A stretch of 64,000 nucleotides of DNA from Promethearchaeota archaeon (GCA_048940645.1 JBHLOI010000005.1:52578-116577), one strand, 5' to 3'. Counted from the first letter of the stretch, positions 50,001 through 59,722 are shown. The notes: a model not told the origin generated them from the letters alone. Translations and numbers: made by a program.

Positions 50001-50114
50001 ATTTCTTTCTGCTTTTTTAGAAGAAGGTATTGTTAATAAAAGAAGTCCACTTAAAATTAAAATAACTATAACAAAATGAAGCTTAAATTTGGATTTTACT
50101 TTCAATATATTCAT
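47037..50114 (-). CDS. Large cell-surface protein: signal peptide, FN3, ILHDP-type beta-rich domain, Ig-like domain and C-terminal TM anchor
   Basis: FN3 (LLTWD...YNVYR...YYYVVSA); C-terminal TM followed by KKTKKK. Confidence 0.8.
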   Translation of the reverse strand: MNILKVKSKFKLHFVIVILILSGLLLLTIPSSKKAERNDDNSEKIDIKTKIPKSSTSGIDFLYADKNIIKGNQTDGILWNEDNIRELDGTFDSTDFAISNSYNFLENEVSPLSIPIHTGTFGSTDGGDWNFTDTYKKKDYKYIYLRANGGSDFPGIIKLKWGEYSDFNNIIARHVHRISLLYEVWPDSDSTDGLDQSTDLRIWAFADDGSNQSKVIDQYPTAKRIYYQWWNITQGPVFDRVKEGGYIKYLQLSMNCSEEMGSRAWLNFDFAHIYYSYHKYEIQVDYILNYGNYTLDEVSKFDLNTQMDETVIGLEIKLYNFINLDWDSLGTIDSTELIKKEILVNGTNYFNGTKSIKLRFEKFNYFDTRSWSDYQIQPNMIKLTLYPPDPPNNFRAKNGAAHILLTWDSVVTNGPPLINYNVYRGEEFGGPKTLLTTTITNQYNDTGAIIGTRYYYVVSATTIAGTSENSSEDSGRAYEQPFIEWITPVNNTRIILPLGDPTTFSFEYDWVEMDDAELELDYGTFQRTYNVWNKTSINIDVLSDYEDGSVIATLTGKNQSIVFDTDILHLTFVRLTGEAIKTVNQSTVLLGQQLYMILHDPNGDNSYSSFSETSVLSIGVGLEAITIVGENFGLEYFYGYCGTDTGGSLLLENKMTTETGFDFRYEIIDTTNLTSSQVNDDPDYIGPGYGDRYWGETWVLQWVFNATRKSYSNGTVQWENPLLYYGIIRSFETFAGDTDASTEWKSQNAIYNNLIPVSWLGTFMESGGTPYTSTHQVGATITRKISFDLSFGSNVTVRLPYIASNATFELSIKNYAEVGNAHEAKYEIYDDESGDFIAQELGIDERFGTYIFNSSGYCETSFPYEHNTHDYRPPDIDYPVVDKDSNDDGYTTNEDFPIITVDIFEENGIQDVVIWYSIDNGSFWDVIYLSELSGQVGTWQGTMLNQTLNTTVLWYIQAWDNQGNYAIRYNYSVTPFQYTVIQKPAELPETEIPTGIPYPLISIVPIMIGVIIAVIIIYHKKTKKK

Positions 50115-50261
50115 ACACCCTAATTTTTTTATAATTAATAATTATGCATTATTATAATATAAAGTCTTAGCAATGCAATATTCATATGTTTTACAGCACA
50201 CTACTATTTTACTCGTTTGTGTGTAAATATTTATTTTTGTTCGCTCAAAATAGGATTAGAT

Positions 50262-51209
50262 CTAGAAATCTTTTTTTATTAAGCATAAATAAAAGCCAAT
50301 AGTATCATGTAAATGAGGATAAAGGCGTTGAGAAAATTTAATATCACTTCTTAAAGAATGGTCAAAAACCTCAGTAAGCCCATTAGTGCCATATTGAACA
50401 TCAATTCTATTAATAGAATAATCAGAAAAGTTTTGAAGCGCTTCATTAATAACAAATTCATTTTCTTCAGGTGCTATTGAGCATGTGCTATAGAGTAGTT
50501 TTCCTCCAGGATTTAGAGTTTTTAAACCAGCATTCAGCAACCTTTTTTGGATTGATGCCATTTTATTTATATCTTTCATTAACTTACTTTTTTTTCTACT
50601 TGGATCTTCTCTAATTAAACCTTCACCAGTGCAAGGAGCATCTAATAATACTTTATCTGCTTTAATTCTTAACTCTTGCAATTTTATAGCATCTAAATTC
50701 ACGATTATTGAATTTGAAATTCCCATCCTACGTATATTTAACTCTAAGGAGGGAATTCTATTTTTATTTTTTTCAATTAAAATTAAGGTTCCCTGATTTT
50801 CCATAATCTGAGCTAATTGGGTAGATTTACTCCCTGGAGCAGCACACATATCTATAACTAGGTCAGTTGGTTTAGGATCAAGTATTAAAGCAGGAAACAT
50901 GGATGCAATGTTTTGTAAATAATAATACCCTTGCAAATATTCATGAGTAGAACCTAGATTTAGTTTGGATTCTAAAACTTCAAATCCATAAGGAATATGC
51001 TCAATAGATCTTAATTTAAAGTCTTTACTTTCGAGTCTCTCTTTTAATCTACCAACTGTAATTTTTAGAGTATTTACTCTAATAGCGGGATTTAATGGTT
51101 TTTCATTTGCTTCTAAGAGTTTTTTTGTATTATTTTCCCCCAGAAATTGAATATATCTTTTAATCATATAAGGATGATATCCAAAATTTTGAGCAAGTTC
51201 ATTAATCAT
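50262..51209 (-). CDS. RsmB/NOP2-family RNA m5C methyltransferase
   Basis: RVNTLK, DMCAAPGSK, DAPCTG, YSTCSI..EENE. Confidence 0.95.
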   Translation of the reverse strand: MINELAQNFGYHPYMIKRYIQFLGENNTKKLLEANEKPLNPAIRVNTLKITVGRLKERLESKDFKLRSIEHIPYGFEVLESKLNLGSTHEYLQGYYYLQNIASMFPALILDPKPTDLVIDMCAAPGSKSTQLAQIMENQGTLILIEKNKNRIPSLELNIRRMGISNSIIVNLDAIKLQELRIKADKVLLDAPCTGEGLIREDPSRKKSKLMKDINKMASIQKRLLNAGLKTLNPGGKLLYSTCSIAPEENEFVINEALQNFSDYSINRIDVQYGTNGLTEVFDHSLRSDIKFSQRLYPHLHDTIGFYLCLIKKDF

Positions 51210-51313
51210 ATTTTCCTGTATGGATATAAAACTCTCAACTCAACAATTTTCTATTAATATTTAATAAAAAATAATGAATTATATTTGTTATTGCAATAGA
51301 GATAGATATAGTT

Positions 51314-51928
51314 ATGATAGAAGTTGAGATAAAAGTAGCAATTTCAAATCCAGACTCATTAAAAGAAAATTTAAAAAATTTGGATGGAAAATATGTAATA
51401 TCTTTAGAACATGAGGATACATATTTTAATATGCCAAAGAAATTAAGAAATTTTAGAAAAACTGATGAAGCCCTTCGATTAAGGAAATCTATTGAATTTA
51501 ATAAGAAGGATAAAGAGAATACGACGTTAATACGATCTTTTGTTACTTATAAAGGAAAAAAAATTGATCAAACTACCAAAACACGTGAAGAAATCGAAGT
51601 TGAAATAAAGAATTTAGAAAAAATGAAAAAATTATTTGAAAATTTAGGATTTAGGGAAATTTTTACAGTAAAAAAAGAACGAGAATTGTATGAATTCAAT
51701 TTTAAAAACGAAAAAGTTGATGTATTAATTGATTTTCTACCAATTCTAAATCAAAATTTCATGGAAGCAGAGGTAATAGTAGAATATAAAGAGGAAATAC
51801 GTTCCGTACGAGAAAAACTGTTTGAATTTCTAAAACAATTTGGAATATCCAAGACCGATTCAATTAGAGAATCATATTTAGAATTAATAATTAAAAAATT
51901 AAAATTAGAAGAGTTCAAAAGAATATAA
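51314..51928 (+). CDS. cyaB: CYTH-domain protein (CyaB-like)
   Basis: EVEIK (ExExK), DTYF, LRLR, TYKG, REEIE, KKER, SYLE. Confidence 0.9.
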   Translation: MIEVEIKVAISNPDSLKENLKNLDGKYVISLEHEDTYFNMPKKLRNFRKTDEALRLRKSIEFNKKDKENTTLIRSFVTYKGKKIDQTTKTREEIEVEIKNLEKMKKLFENLGFREIFTVKKERELYEFNFKNEKVDVLIDFLPILNQNFMEAEVIVEYKEEIRSVREKLFEFLKQFGISKTDSIRESYLELIIKKLKLEEFKRI

Positions 51929-51948
51929 TTTATTAGAAGAGATGGATG

Positions 51949-52137
51949 TCATTTTAAAAGTAATTGATCTAGTTTTTCTATTTTAGTATCTAACTCCTTC
52001 TTGACTAAACATAGATCAAAATTTCTAAAAATAATAATAGTAGAGTCATTCTGAATTGATTTTAGCTTTTTAGTAATTTTATGAACAAAATTTAAAAATT
52101 CATAATACTCTACATTATCATCCATTTTGACATCCAT
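51949..52137 (-). CDS. Small hypothetical protein
   Basis: Fills an intergenic gap; SD-like AAGGAG directly upstream. Confidence 0.35.
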   Translation of the reverse strand: MDVKMDDNVEYYEFLNFVHKITKKLKSIQNDSTIIIFRNFDLCLVKKELDTKIEKLDQLLLK

Positions 52138-52425
52138 CTCCTTACATAATTATATCTTAATTTAATAGAATTTATTCCTAATTTAAAGATCGTTGACTCA
52201 AAATAAAAATAAATTGGAGTCCAATCTTTTTTGATTTTATTCTTAAGAAAAAATAAAAAATTATTGAGTACAAATCCTTACTATTCTTGCGCTGAAATTC
52301 TCTCTCGTCTAAGGATGAAGTTTTAATTTGTTTCATATATACTACACAAAATAGTTTATTAAAAAAACCAACAATAAGAATAGTGAAAGATCAATAAAAA
52401 CTTAAAAAGTTTAAAAGATAAGTGA

Positions 52426-52719
52426 ATGAAAATGGAAGAGATAAAAAATAACGGTTTAAAGATTTACAAAGCAATATTTGAAGGAAAGAAACAAGTTGAA
52501 CTTGATGGTATTGAATACCCTATTAAAAAATTTTCAAGCGGAATTAAATACCTAGACCTTTTCGGTTATCGTTTCATAGAGCAAAATTGGAGGAAAAAGT
52601 CGGAATGGGGAAAAAAGGCACGAGAAGGTCATAAAATTATGTGGATTATAAAGGGAAGGCGTTATATTGCAAGAATTATGGATGGGGAATATAATGATTT
52701 ATTGAAAAAAGAAGATTGA
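52426..52719 (+). CDS. Small basic hypothetical protein
   Basis: 97 aa; FIEQN..KKSEW...AREGHKIMW motif. Confidence 0.7.
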   Translation: MKMEEIKNNGLKIYKAIFEGKKQVELDGIEYPIKKFSSGIKYLDLFGYRFIEQNWRKKSEWGKKAREGHKIMWIIKGRRYIARIMDGEYNDLLKKED

Positions 52720-52862
52720 AAACATGTAATGTGCTATTTCTTTAAGTTTAAAAAGTTCTAAATTATTAAATATTTGGTAGAAAAATTTTTTCTCTAAAAC
52801 CATTTTAATAATTTGATATTATTAACTTAATGTTTAAATCTATATAATGGAAAGGGGAGACG

Positions 52863-55271
52863 TTGAAACAATTCAAAATAGTTATTCTTGGAGACTATAA
52901 AGCAGGAAAGACGTCTTTAATTAATCGATTTGTTAAGCAAGAATTTTTCAATCTTCATATTCCTACAGTTGGTTTCAAATTTTTAAAGAAGACTACTCTC
53001 CTTGAAAATGACTTAAAGTATGAAGTTGTTTTTTGGGATACTGGGGGGTTAAGCAGTCAAAAAGTTTCAATGAGACAAAAAATATTCAAATTTACTGATG
53101 CTGTAATAATTGTAATCGATTCTCAAAGCAAAGATAAGAAGAATATTCTAAATCGATGGGAAAAATATGTTCGAGAAAATAATAATGATAATGTGCCAAT
53201 TTTTATTATTTTCACTAAGTTCGATCTAACATCATCTTATATAAACATAGAAGAAATGTTTGAAAAACAACTTCTAACTAATTCTGGTTTACAATATTTC
53301 TTAGTTTCCGCTAAAACAGATGAGAATGTTAAGGAAAGTTTTGCAAAGATAATAAATTTTATTGTAAGTTGTGATAAAAAAAGAAACTCCAATGCGATTA
53401 TCGAAAAAGTAAGTAGATATAAAAAGTATAATTTAGAACTTAAAGAAATTGAAGCTCTTGAAGAATTAGAGGAGTATTTAATTAAAAGTTTAGGAAATTT
53501 CGACTTTATTTATCCACATAATCTTAATAGTATTAAAAGGGAAGGCTTTCCAATTCTATTTAAAATTGATGAAGATTCATTTGGAATTAGTATAGAAAAT
53601 GGAAATGTATCTGGAATTGGGCTTTTCAATTGTAATTTAAATAATCTTCCAAATTCAAGTGTTAATTTCAAATTTTTAAAAAGATTAACTTTAAGATGTA
53701 ATCCTTTAAATAACGTTCCTGAAATAATTGCAAATTTAAAAAGTATTGAATATTTAGACTTAGCTCTTACTAATTTATCATTTTTCCCTAAAACAATTAA
53801 AAATCTAAACAATCTAAAAGAATTAAATTTAGCTAACAATCGATTAACTTCTTTACCTGATAGATTTGGAAATCTCCAATCATTAAATATTTTAAATTTA
53901 GAGAATAATCCAATTAAAAAGCTTCCTGATTCAATCTGCAATTTAAGATATTTAAGAGAATTATACTTAGAAGCACCGACTTTTTTCTTCAAGGGAAATT
54001 TGACTGAATTACCTAATAATCTCGGAAATCTCATATCACTTAAAATATTAGATTTAAGTTCCTGTGAATTAGTGCGCCTTCCAGAATCTATTGGCAACCT
54101 TGAAGGACTTAATACCTTAGATCTTTATAATAATAATTTAATTTCACTTCCTGATTCCATTGGTAAATTAAAGCAACTTGAAATTCTAAATCTAGAAACT
54201 AATAATTTGGAAACTGTACCTGATTCTATTGGACATTTAGTAAGTTTAAAACGTATATCCCTGAAAAATAACCCGCTGCGAAAGAAAGGTTCAGATAAGT
54301 TTAAAGCTTTAGCTTTAAAATCTACCGGTAGAAATTATGATAGGTTAATGGAGATTGCTGAGATCTGTAGATTGGAGGAATTTAAATTCAGAAGCATACA
54401 AAAAACGCCATTAAAGAAGAAATATAGATTTATAAAAGCTTTAAGCTATGCTGTTTCAGTCGCATTAATAGGATTTATTACTTTTTTAAATATCAATATT
54501 AACTCCCAAACATCTAACTTTATGATTTGGTTTCTGTTTGTTGGCGCTTTAATTATTAATCTCCTAATTGGAACATGTATTATTGCTACTTTATCTAGAT
54601 ACTTTAAAATTTCTGTAATGTTTTTTAAAAAACGGATTTATAAATATTTCGATATTTTTGTTATAATATATCTGATTTGGTCTTTAAGAGCTGTCGTTAA
54701 AATAACCTTATCTGTTGAACTTATTCCATCTATTAATTTTTTGTTTGAATTCACAATTCCAGAAACTTTTTTAAACTTTTTAACAATATTAGGTTATGAT
54801 TTAGATTTAACATTCTTAGAGAATATTGATTTGTTTTTTGGTCATTTTTATTTAAAAATCTTTAGTAGTGCCCTCGTATTCTGGGCTTTGTATAGAAATG
54901 GATTTGGACACATTAAGAGGACCGCATTTGAAGAAAAAAAAAATAGAAATATGTGGTCATTTCTTTTGATAGGTTTATTTGGAGCTTTTTCACTTGCTGT
55001 GATGAACTATAGCAATCTTAAGCCTTTCTTAAGTATAGGTTATGATATAGGAGTAATTTTTGGAGGATATTTATTTATTTGGGAAAAAAATCGTCCAAAA
55101 AAATCATACTTCCTCACATATATTCTTCTAATATTGGGTAGTATATCGCTAATTTGGGTTCTCTCATTATGGAATATGATTATTTCTGTTATTACAAGTA
55201 TTATTTTAATAATTCTATATTTTATTATAAGAAGAATTCAGAATAAGAAATTATCTTTATATCTCTACTAG
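52863..55271 (+). CDS. Rab-like GTPase - leucine-rich repeat - multi-pass membrane fusion protein
   Basis: G1 GDYKAGKT, G2 PTVG, G3 WDTGG, G4 TKFD, G5 SAK; about 10 LxxLxLxxNxLxxLP repeats; about 8 C-terminal TMs. TTG start with AAGGGGA upstream. Confidence 0.9.
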   Translation: MKQFKIVILGDYKAGKTSLINRFVKQEFFNLHIPTVGFKFLKKTTLLENDLKYEVVFWDTGGLSSQKVSMRQKIFKFTDAVIIVIDSQSKDKKNILNRWEKYVRENNNDNVPIFIIFTKFDLTSSYINIEEMFEKQLLTNSGLQYFLVSAKTDENVKESFAKIINFIVSCDKKRNSNAIIEKVSRYKKYNLELKEIEALEELEEYLIKSLGNFDFIYPHNLNSIKREGFPILFKIDEDSFGISIENGNVSGIGLFNCNLNNLPNSSVNFKFLKRLTLRCNPLNNVPEIIANLKSIEYLDLALTNLSFFPKTIKNLNNLKELNLANNRLTSLPDRFGNLQSLNILNLENNPIKKLPDSICNLRYLRELYLEAPTFFFKGNLTELPNNLGNLISLKILDLSSCELVRLPESIGNLEGLNTLDLYNNNLISLPDSIGKLKQLEILNLETNNLETVPDSIGHLVSLKRISLKNNPLRKKGSDKFKALALKSTGRNYDRLMEIAEICRLEEFKFRSIQKTPLKKKYRFIKALSYAVSVALIGFITFLNININSQTSNFMIWFLFVGALIINLLIGTCIIATLSRYFKISVMFFKKRIYKYFDIFVIIYLIWSLRAVVKITLSVELIPSINFLFEFTIPETFLNFLTILGYDLDLTFLENIDLFFGHFYLKIFSSALVFWALYRNGFGHIKRTAFEEKKNRNMWSFLLIGLFGAFSLAVMNYSNLKPFLSIGYDIGVIFGGYLFIWEKNRPKKSYFLTYILLILGSISLIWVLSLWNMIISVITSIILIILYFIIRRIQNKKLSLYLY

Positions 55272-55281
55272 CTAGAAAAAT

Positions 55282-56628
55282 CTAAAGCTTCAATGATTTT
55301 AATCCTCGTATTGATTCTGGTAAGTTTCTTATTGTATTTCCACTTAAATCAAAAACCTTAAGTCGCTTTAAATTGATTAAATTTTCGCTAATATGATTAA
55401 TTATCTGTTCATCTTCATGATTTTTTAGATAGAAATATTCCAGATTTTCTAAATTGCCTATAGAATTAGGTATTTCATTGATTTTATTATAGCTTAGATT
55501 TAAAGTTTTTAAAGCTATTAATTCTCCAATACAATCTGGGATACTCCGGATATTTTGATTCAACATACACAATTCTTCTAAAAATCTTAATTTACATATT
55601 TCTTTGGGAAAGATCCCTATACGGGATAATTCAGATGATAATTGTATGGCAATTACATTGCCACTTTGGTTTAGTTTATAATAAAATAATAGTGATGGCA
55701 TAAATGAAGTCTCTGATTCTAATTTGACAAAAGCTTGGCCTGTAAAAATCTCTAATAAGCCCAATACTGAAGCTTCCTCAAATTTAACTCCGTTTTTAAC
55801 ATATTTTTTAATATAGCCTTCTGTTGAAGAAATATATAATACCCACTTTGGAATTGATTCAATTTCGTTATTTTTTAAAGTAAGACTTTTAATTTGAGAG
55901 AGAGATCCGTACAAATCTGGTAAGTCTCCAATTTTGCACCTATTAATCTCTAAAAATTTTAATTTTGAAAGATTTTGAAGGGATTTTGGTACTTCTTCAA
56001 GATCATTTAAAATTAAACCTCTAATAAACCCTTCTCTTGCTGAAGTTATTCTCCCTAATCCCTTATAACCGATTTCTGTATTTTCTTTTATTAATGTTTT
56101 TCTCTCTTCTTCTTTAATTTCAAATTTTGATAAAAAATCTTTAAAATCCTTCGTAAATTTTTTATAATCATTGTAATCTAACTGTAAGATGAATTCAGAA
56201 TCATATTTATTTAAGTTATATATCTTGCTTAATCTTGTTAAAAGTTTTTCTTTAAACTTTTTAACTTCTGGATTTTGAGAGCGCTCTGTGAAATCTAAAC
56301 TTTTTTTGAAAAATAATATTGATTTTTCATTCTGAATTCGCCATTCTAAAGCATTTTGTGCTTCTTCTAAATTAGTATTAATAATAAATTTTGCAGCAGC
56401 AGTTCTTACTAAAGGAGATTCATCAGATATTAAACTCTTTTCAATAAGTTTGGAAATGTCAATATCTATTAATGAGAGTTGTTCAAGGACTTTAATTGCA
56501 TTTGCTCTTATTTCTTCGTTATCACTTTCATTTATAAGTGATTCAAGTAATTTTAAGGATTCTTCTTTACTAATTTCATTATTAAGAAATTTTTCATAAA
56601 TTTTTCCTGGATCTAAGCGATTAAGCAT
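55282..56628 (-). CDS. HEAT-repeat plus leucine-rich repeat protein
   Basis: N-terminal HEAT/PBS-like repeats (EEIRANAI, SDESPLVRTAAA) and two LRR blocks. Confidence 0.85.
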   Translation of the reverse strand: MLNRLDPGKIYEKFLNNEISKEESLKLLESLINESDNEEIRANAIKVLEQLSLIDIDISKLIEKSLISDESPLVRTAAAKFIINTNLEEAQNALEWRIQNEKSILFFKKSLDFTERSQNPEVKKFKEKLLTRLSKIYNLNKYDSEFILQLDYNDYKKFTKDFKDFLSKFEIKEEERKTLIKENTEIGYKGLGRITSAREGFIRGLILNDLEEVPKSLQNLSKLKFLEINRCKIGDLPDLYGSLSQIKSLTLKNNEIESIPKWVLYISSTEGYIKKYVKNGVKFEEASVLGLLEIFTGQAFVKLESETSFMPSLLFYYKLNQSGNVIAIQLSSELSRIGIFPKEICKLRFLEELCMLNQNIRSIPDCIGELIALKTLNLSYNKINEIPNSIGNLENLEYFYLKNHEDEQIINHISENLINLKRLKVFDLSGNTIRNLPESIRGLKSLKL

Positions 56629-56680
56629 AATTAAAATATTTGGAAATTAATTTATTCTAATAACATAAAATAAGGAATGT

Positions 56681-57817
56681 TTAGATTAGACTTTCATTAA
56701 CTTCTACGTGATGGCAATAAGTAATAGGTTCCCCTTCTTTTGCTATAAGTTTGATATTTCTTAAAACTTTAACATAAGAAGCTAAAATAACCAGATCCTC
56801 ATCTTTTCCTCCTATTTGAACGTAATCTTCAATAATACAATTATCGGAAATTATTGCATTTTGGATATTAACATTTTTAGAGATATAGGTATCATTATAT
56901 ACCAAAGATTCTTTTATTATTGAGCTTTCATCAATATAAACGTTATCCCCGATTATAGCATTAGGTCCTATCTTACACATACCTCGAATGACAACATTTT
57001 CTCCAATTGTACAAGGATGAATAATTTTTGTGTTTAGGGCAATATCAGCAGAATTATCAACTAAACTCTTTCTTTTTCCTTTTAAATTTTTCAAAATATC
57101 ATTCATTAATAAAATACTTCCTTGTAATAACTCATAAGGTTTACCAATATCTTTCCAAATACCCGTAATTGGAAAGTGATATATCTTTTTATCAACAAGA
57201 ACTTTAGGGAAAATATCCTTTTCAATAGAAGCCTTTTTATTTGGTTTAATATAAGAGAAAATATCTGGCTCTAAAATATATACACCCGCATTAACTGGCA
57301 TTGGAATAATTTTGCCATTTGGGGGTGAATATTCATCTTTTTCAAGAAATTTAAAGAGTTGATTAGTTCCGGGATCAGCTATAAGAACACCATATGGAGA
57401 TGGATCCTCTACGACTTTACTCGCAATTGTACCAATTCCGTTATATTTTTCATGAAAGTTAAGCATATCCTTGAAATTAAAATTTAAAATTACATCTCCA
57501 TTTAACATGAAAAAATTATCATTATCTAAGTAAGATTCTGCTAACTTTATTGCTCCCGCGGTCCCCATTGGATGCTTTTCATTTGTATAACTAATCTTAA
57601 TTCCTAATTTCTTACCATCTTTAAAGTAGTTTTTTACAATATCTGACATCACACTTACAGCCAGAACCACTTCTTTAACACCAGTAGCTTTCAATAATAA
57701 AATCTGCCTTTCAATAACGGGCTTGTTAACTACCGGTATTAAAGATTTTGGAATAATACATGTTAACGGTCTAAGCCTTGTACCAAATCCACCAGATAAG
57801 ATAATACCCTTTACCAT
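56681..57817 (-). CDS. NDP-sugar synthase (mannose-1-phosphate guanylyltransferase-like)
   Basis: GGFGTRLRPLT..PK, GTAGAI, NGD, NAGVY, WKDIG, hexapeptide tail. Confidence 0.9.
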   Translation of the reverse strand: MVKGIILSGGFGTRLRPLTCIIPKSLIPVVNKPVIERQILLLKATGVKEVVLAVSVMSDIVKNYFKDGKKLGIKISYTNEKHPMGTAGAIKLAESYLDNDNFFMLNGDVILNFNFKDMLNFHEKYNGIGTIASKVVEDPSPYGVLIADPGTNQLFKFLEKDEYSPPNGKIIPMPVNAGVYILEPDIFSYIKPNKKASIEKDIFPKVLVDKKIYHFPITGIWKDIGKPYELLQGSILLMNDILKNLKGKRKSLVDNSADIALNTKIIHPCTIGENVVIRGMCKIGPNAIIGDNVYIDESSIIKESLVYNDTYISKNVNIQNAIISDNCIIEDYVQIGGKDEDLVILASYVKVLRNIKLIAKEGEPITYCHHVEVNESLI

Positions 57818-57940
57818 TTTCTACTTAAAATTTAGCTTTAAATATATTACTTGGGCTAGATAAATTAATATTTTCTATTAAAAATTTAGCTTTAGATGTT
57901 TCTTAAAAAAAAGAGTTAAAATAGGTAATAAATCTTATAA

Positions 57941-59722
57941 TTATTTCTTATAGAGGGGATCAGCTTCTTGAAGTATTCTTCTCTGAACCTTTCCTAATAT
58001 ATTTTTTGGTATTACATCTACAAACTCTATGAATTTTGGAATTTTCCAATGGGTCATACTCTCCTTTGCCCATGCTAGCAAATCTTCTTCTGAAACCTCT
58101 CCTACATATTCTGGTTTTAGAGCAACCCATGCTTTAGCTATTTCCCCAACTTTTCCTTCAGGATCAGGTAATCCTGCTACCGCTGCTTCCGAAACACCTT
58201 CATGCTTCATGAGCATAGTTTCAATTTCAGTAGGAAATACTGAATGACCAGCAACTTTAATTAATTGTTTTTTACGATCCATTAATGTCACAGTTCCATC
58301 TTCACGCATATATCCAATATCACCTGTTCTTAACCAAATTCGTCCATCCCATTCTTGTAATGTCTCTTTAGTTTCTTCTGGTTGGTCTAAATATTCCTTC
58401 ATTACTTGTGGACCATTTATGCATAATTCACCTGTATGTTCTTCTCCATAATTAGAGCCTGGAAGTCCATTTGCTATAGGACCTTTTTCAAGGTTTGGAG
58501 CAGCAGCATCAAAAATTGCCCAGTCTGTACCCGGTAAAGGCATACCTATTGTTCCAATAGGACTTTCACCAAATAAGTTACCAGAGCTAACAACCGGACT
58601 AGCTTCAGACAAACCATACCCTTCTACAATTCTTCCTGCTGTCTTTCTTTCAAAAGCATCTCTTACTGGTGCATGCAAAGGACCCGCTCCAGATACATTT
58701 AATTTCATTTTACCCATTAAATGGGGGAATTTCTTTAAATGTGGGTAATCAGCAATTCTTTTGAATAAAATTTCTGCTCCAGCATAAGCAAGACCTTGAG
58801 GTGCAGGTAATTTATCAATCGTTTTAAGTAATTCTTCGGTAGAGGGAGGCCTTACAAAAAGCATCATCCACCCTCCTATTCCAATTGCTACATTCATTAC
58901 AGCCGTCATAGCAAATGAATGAAATAATGGCAAGACGCCAATATCTCCCATCCCAGGTTGTTCTCCTCCGAATATCTCAACAATTTGTTTAATATTTGAT
59001 ACTAGATTAAAGTGGGTTAAAACTGTTGCTTTAGGGATCCCTGTAGTTCCTCCTGTCATTATATAAGTTGCTGTATGAGTCGTCGGATCAAAACTTACTT
59101 GTGGTAAATTTGGCTCTGTATTTAGGAGATCCATGAATTTATATGATGGATTAAAATCAACTTTTCCAGAAGGAATTTTTCCCAACATCTTTCCCAAAAC
59201 TTTTTTGATTCCTGAAAGACCACTACATAAATCAATAACGTTAGTATATATTACCATTTCGACATTCGTTTTTTGAATGATAGGGGCAGCTAAATCACTA
59301 TAAAGCGAATCCAACACGATTAATACTTTAGCATTTGTTAATTCAAGATGGTGAAGTACTTCAAGTGCCTTATAAGTTGGATTTATACCCGTTGATATTA
59401 CTCCCAGTTTTGCACATGCATAAAAAGAAATAACATATTGAAAACAATTAGGTAATAAAAAGGCCACTGCATCTCCTTGCTTTATACCAAGATTATGTAG
59501 TGCAGTTGCAAAAGAATCAATATATTTTCCAATTTCGTCGTAGGTCATCCATGTATCGATGAACCATATAATATTAGAATCTGGATATTTTTTTCTTTGT
59601 TTTTCAAAAAAATCACCCAAACTAATTTCTTCGAATTCAGTATTAAATGGTACTCCTTCAGGCCACCACTTATGAAACCAGCTTTTATTTTCGTCAACAT
59701 GAAATTTTTCCATAATCATCAT
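57941..59722 (-). CDS. Long-chain fatty acid-CoA ligase (AMP-binding family)
   Basis: TGGTTGIPK, EGYGLSE, RTGDIG, DRKK, GKV. Confidence 0.92.
   Translation of the reverse strand: MMIMEKFHVDENKSWFHKWWPEGVPFNTEFEEISLGDFFEKQRKKYPDSNIIWFIDTWMTYDEIGKYIDSFATALHNLGIKQGDAVAFLLPNCFQYVISFYACAKLGVISTGINPTYKALEVLHHLELTNAKVLIVLDSLYSDLAAPIIQKTNVEMVIYTNVIDLCSGLSGIKKVLGKMLGKIPSGKVDFNPSYKFMDLLNTEPNLPQVSFDPTTHTATYIMTGGTTGIPKATVLTHFNLVSNIKQIVEIFGGEQPGMGDIGVLPLFHSFAMTAVMNVAIGIGGWMMLFVRPPSTEELLKTIDKLPAPQGLAYAGAEILFKRIADYPHLKKFPHLMGKMKLNVSGAGPLHAPVRDAFERKTAGRIVEGYGLSEASPVVSSGNLFGESPIGTIGMPLPGTDWAIFDAAAPNLEKGPIANGLPGSNYGEEHTGELCINGPQVMKEYLDQPEETKETLQEWDGRIWLRTGDIGYMREDGTVTLMDRKKQLIKVAGHSVFPTEIETMLMKHEGVSEAAVAGLPDPEGKVGEIAKAWVALKPEYVGEVSEEDLLAWAKESMTHWKIPKFIEFVDVIPKNILGKVQRRILQEADPLYKK

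Noticed and set aside
51210-51240. Possible further non-AUG extension of the NOP2-family gene (GTT...VESFISIQEN)
   Set aside because: Only 10 codons, no clear SD, and the ATG start already gives a plausible protein.
51314-51928. cAMP signalling role for the CyaB-like gene next to the GTPase-LRR locus
   Set aside because: Archaeal CYTH proteins are widespread and are often triphosphatases; adjacency alone is not evidence.
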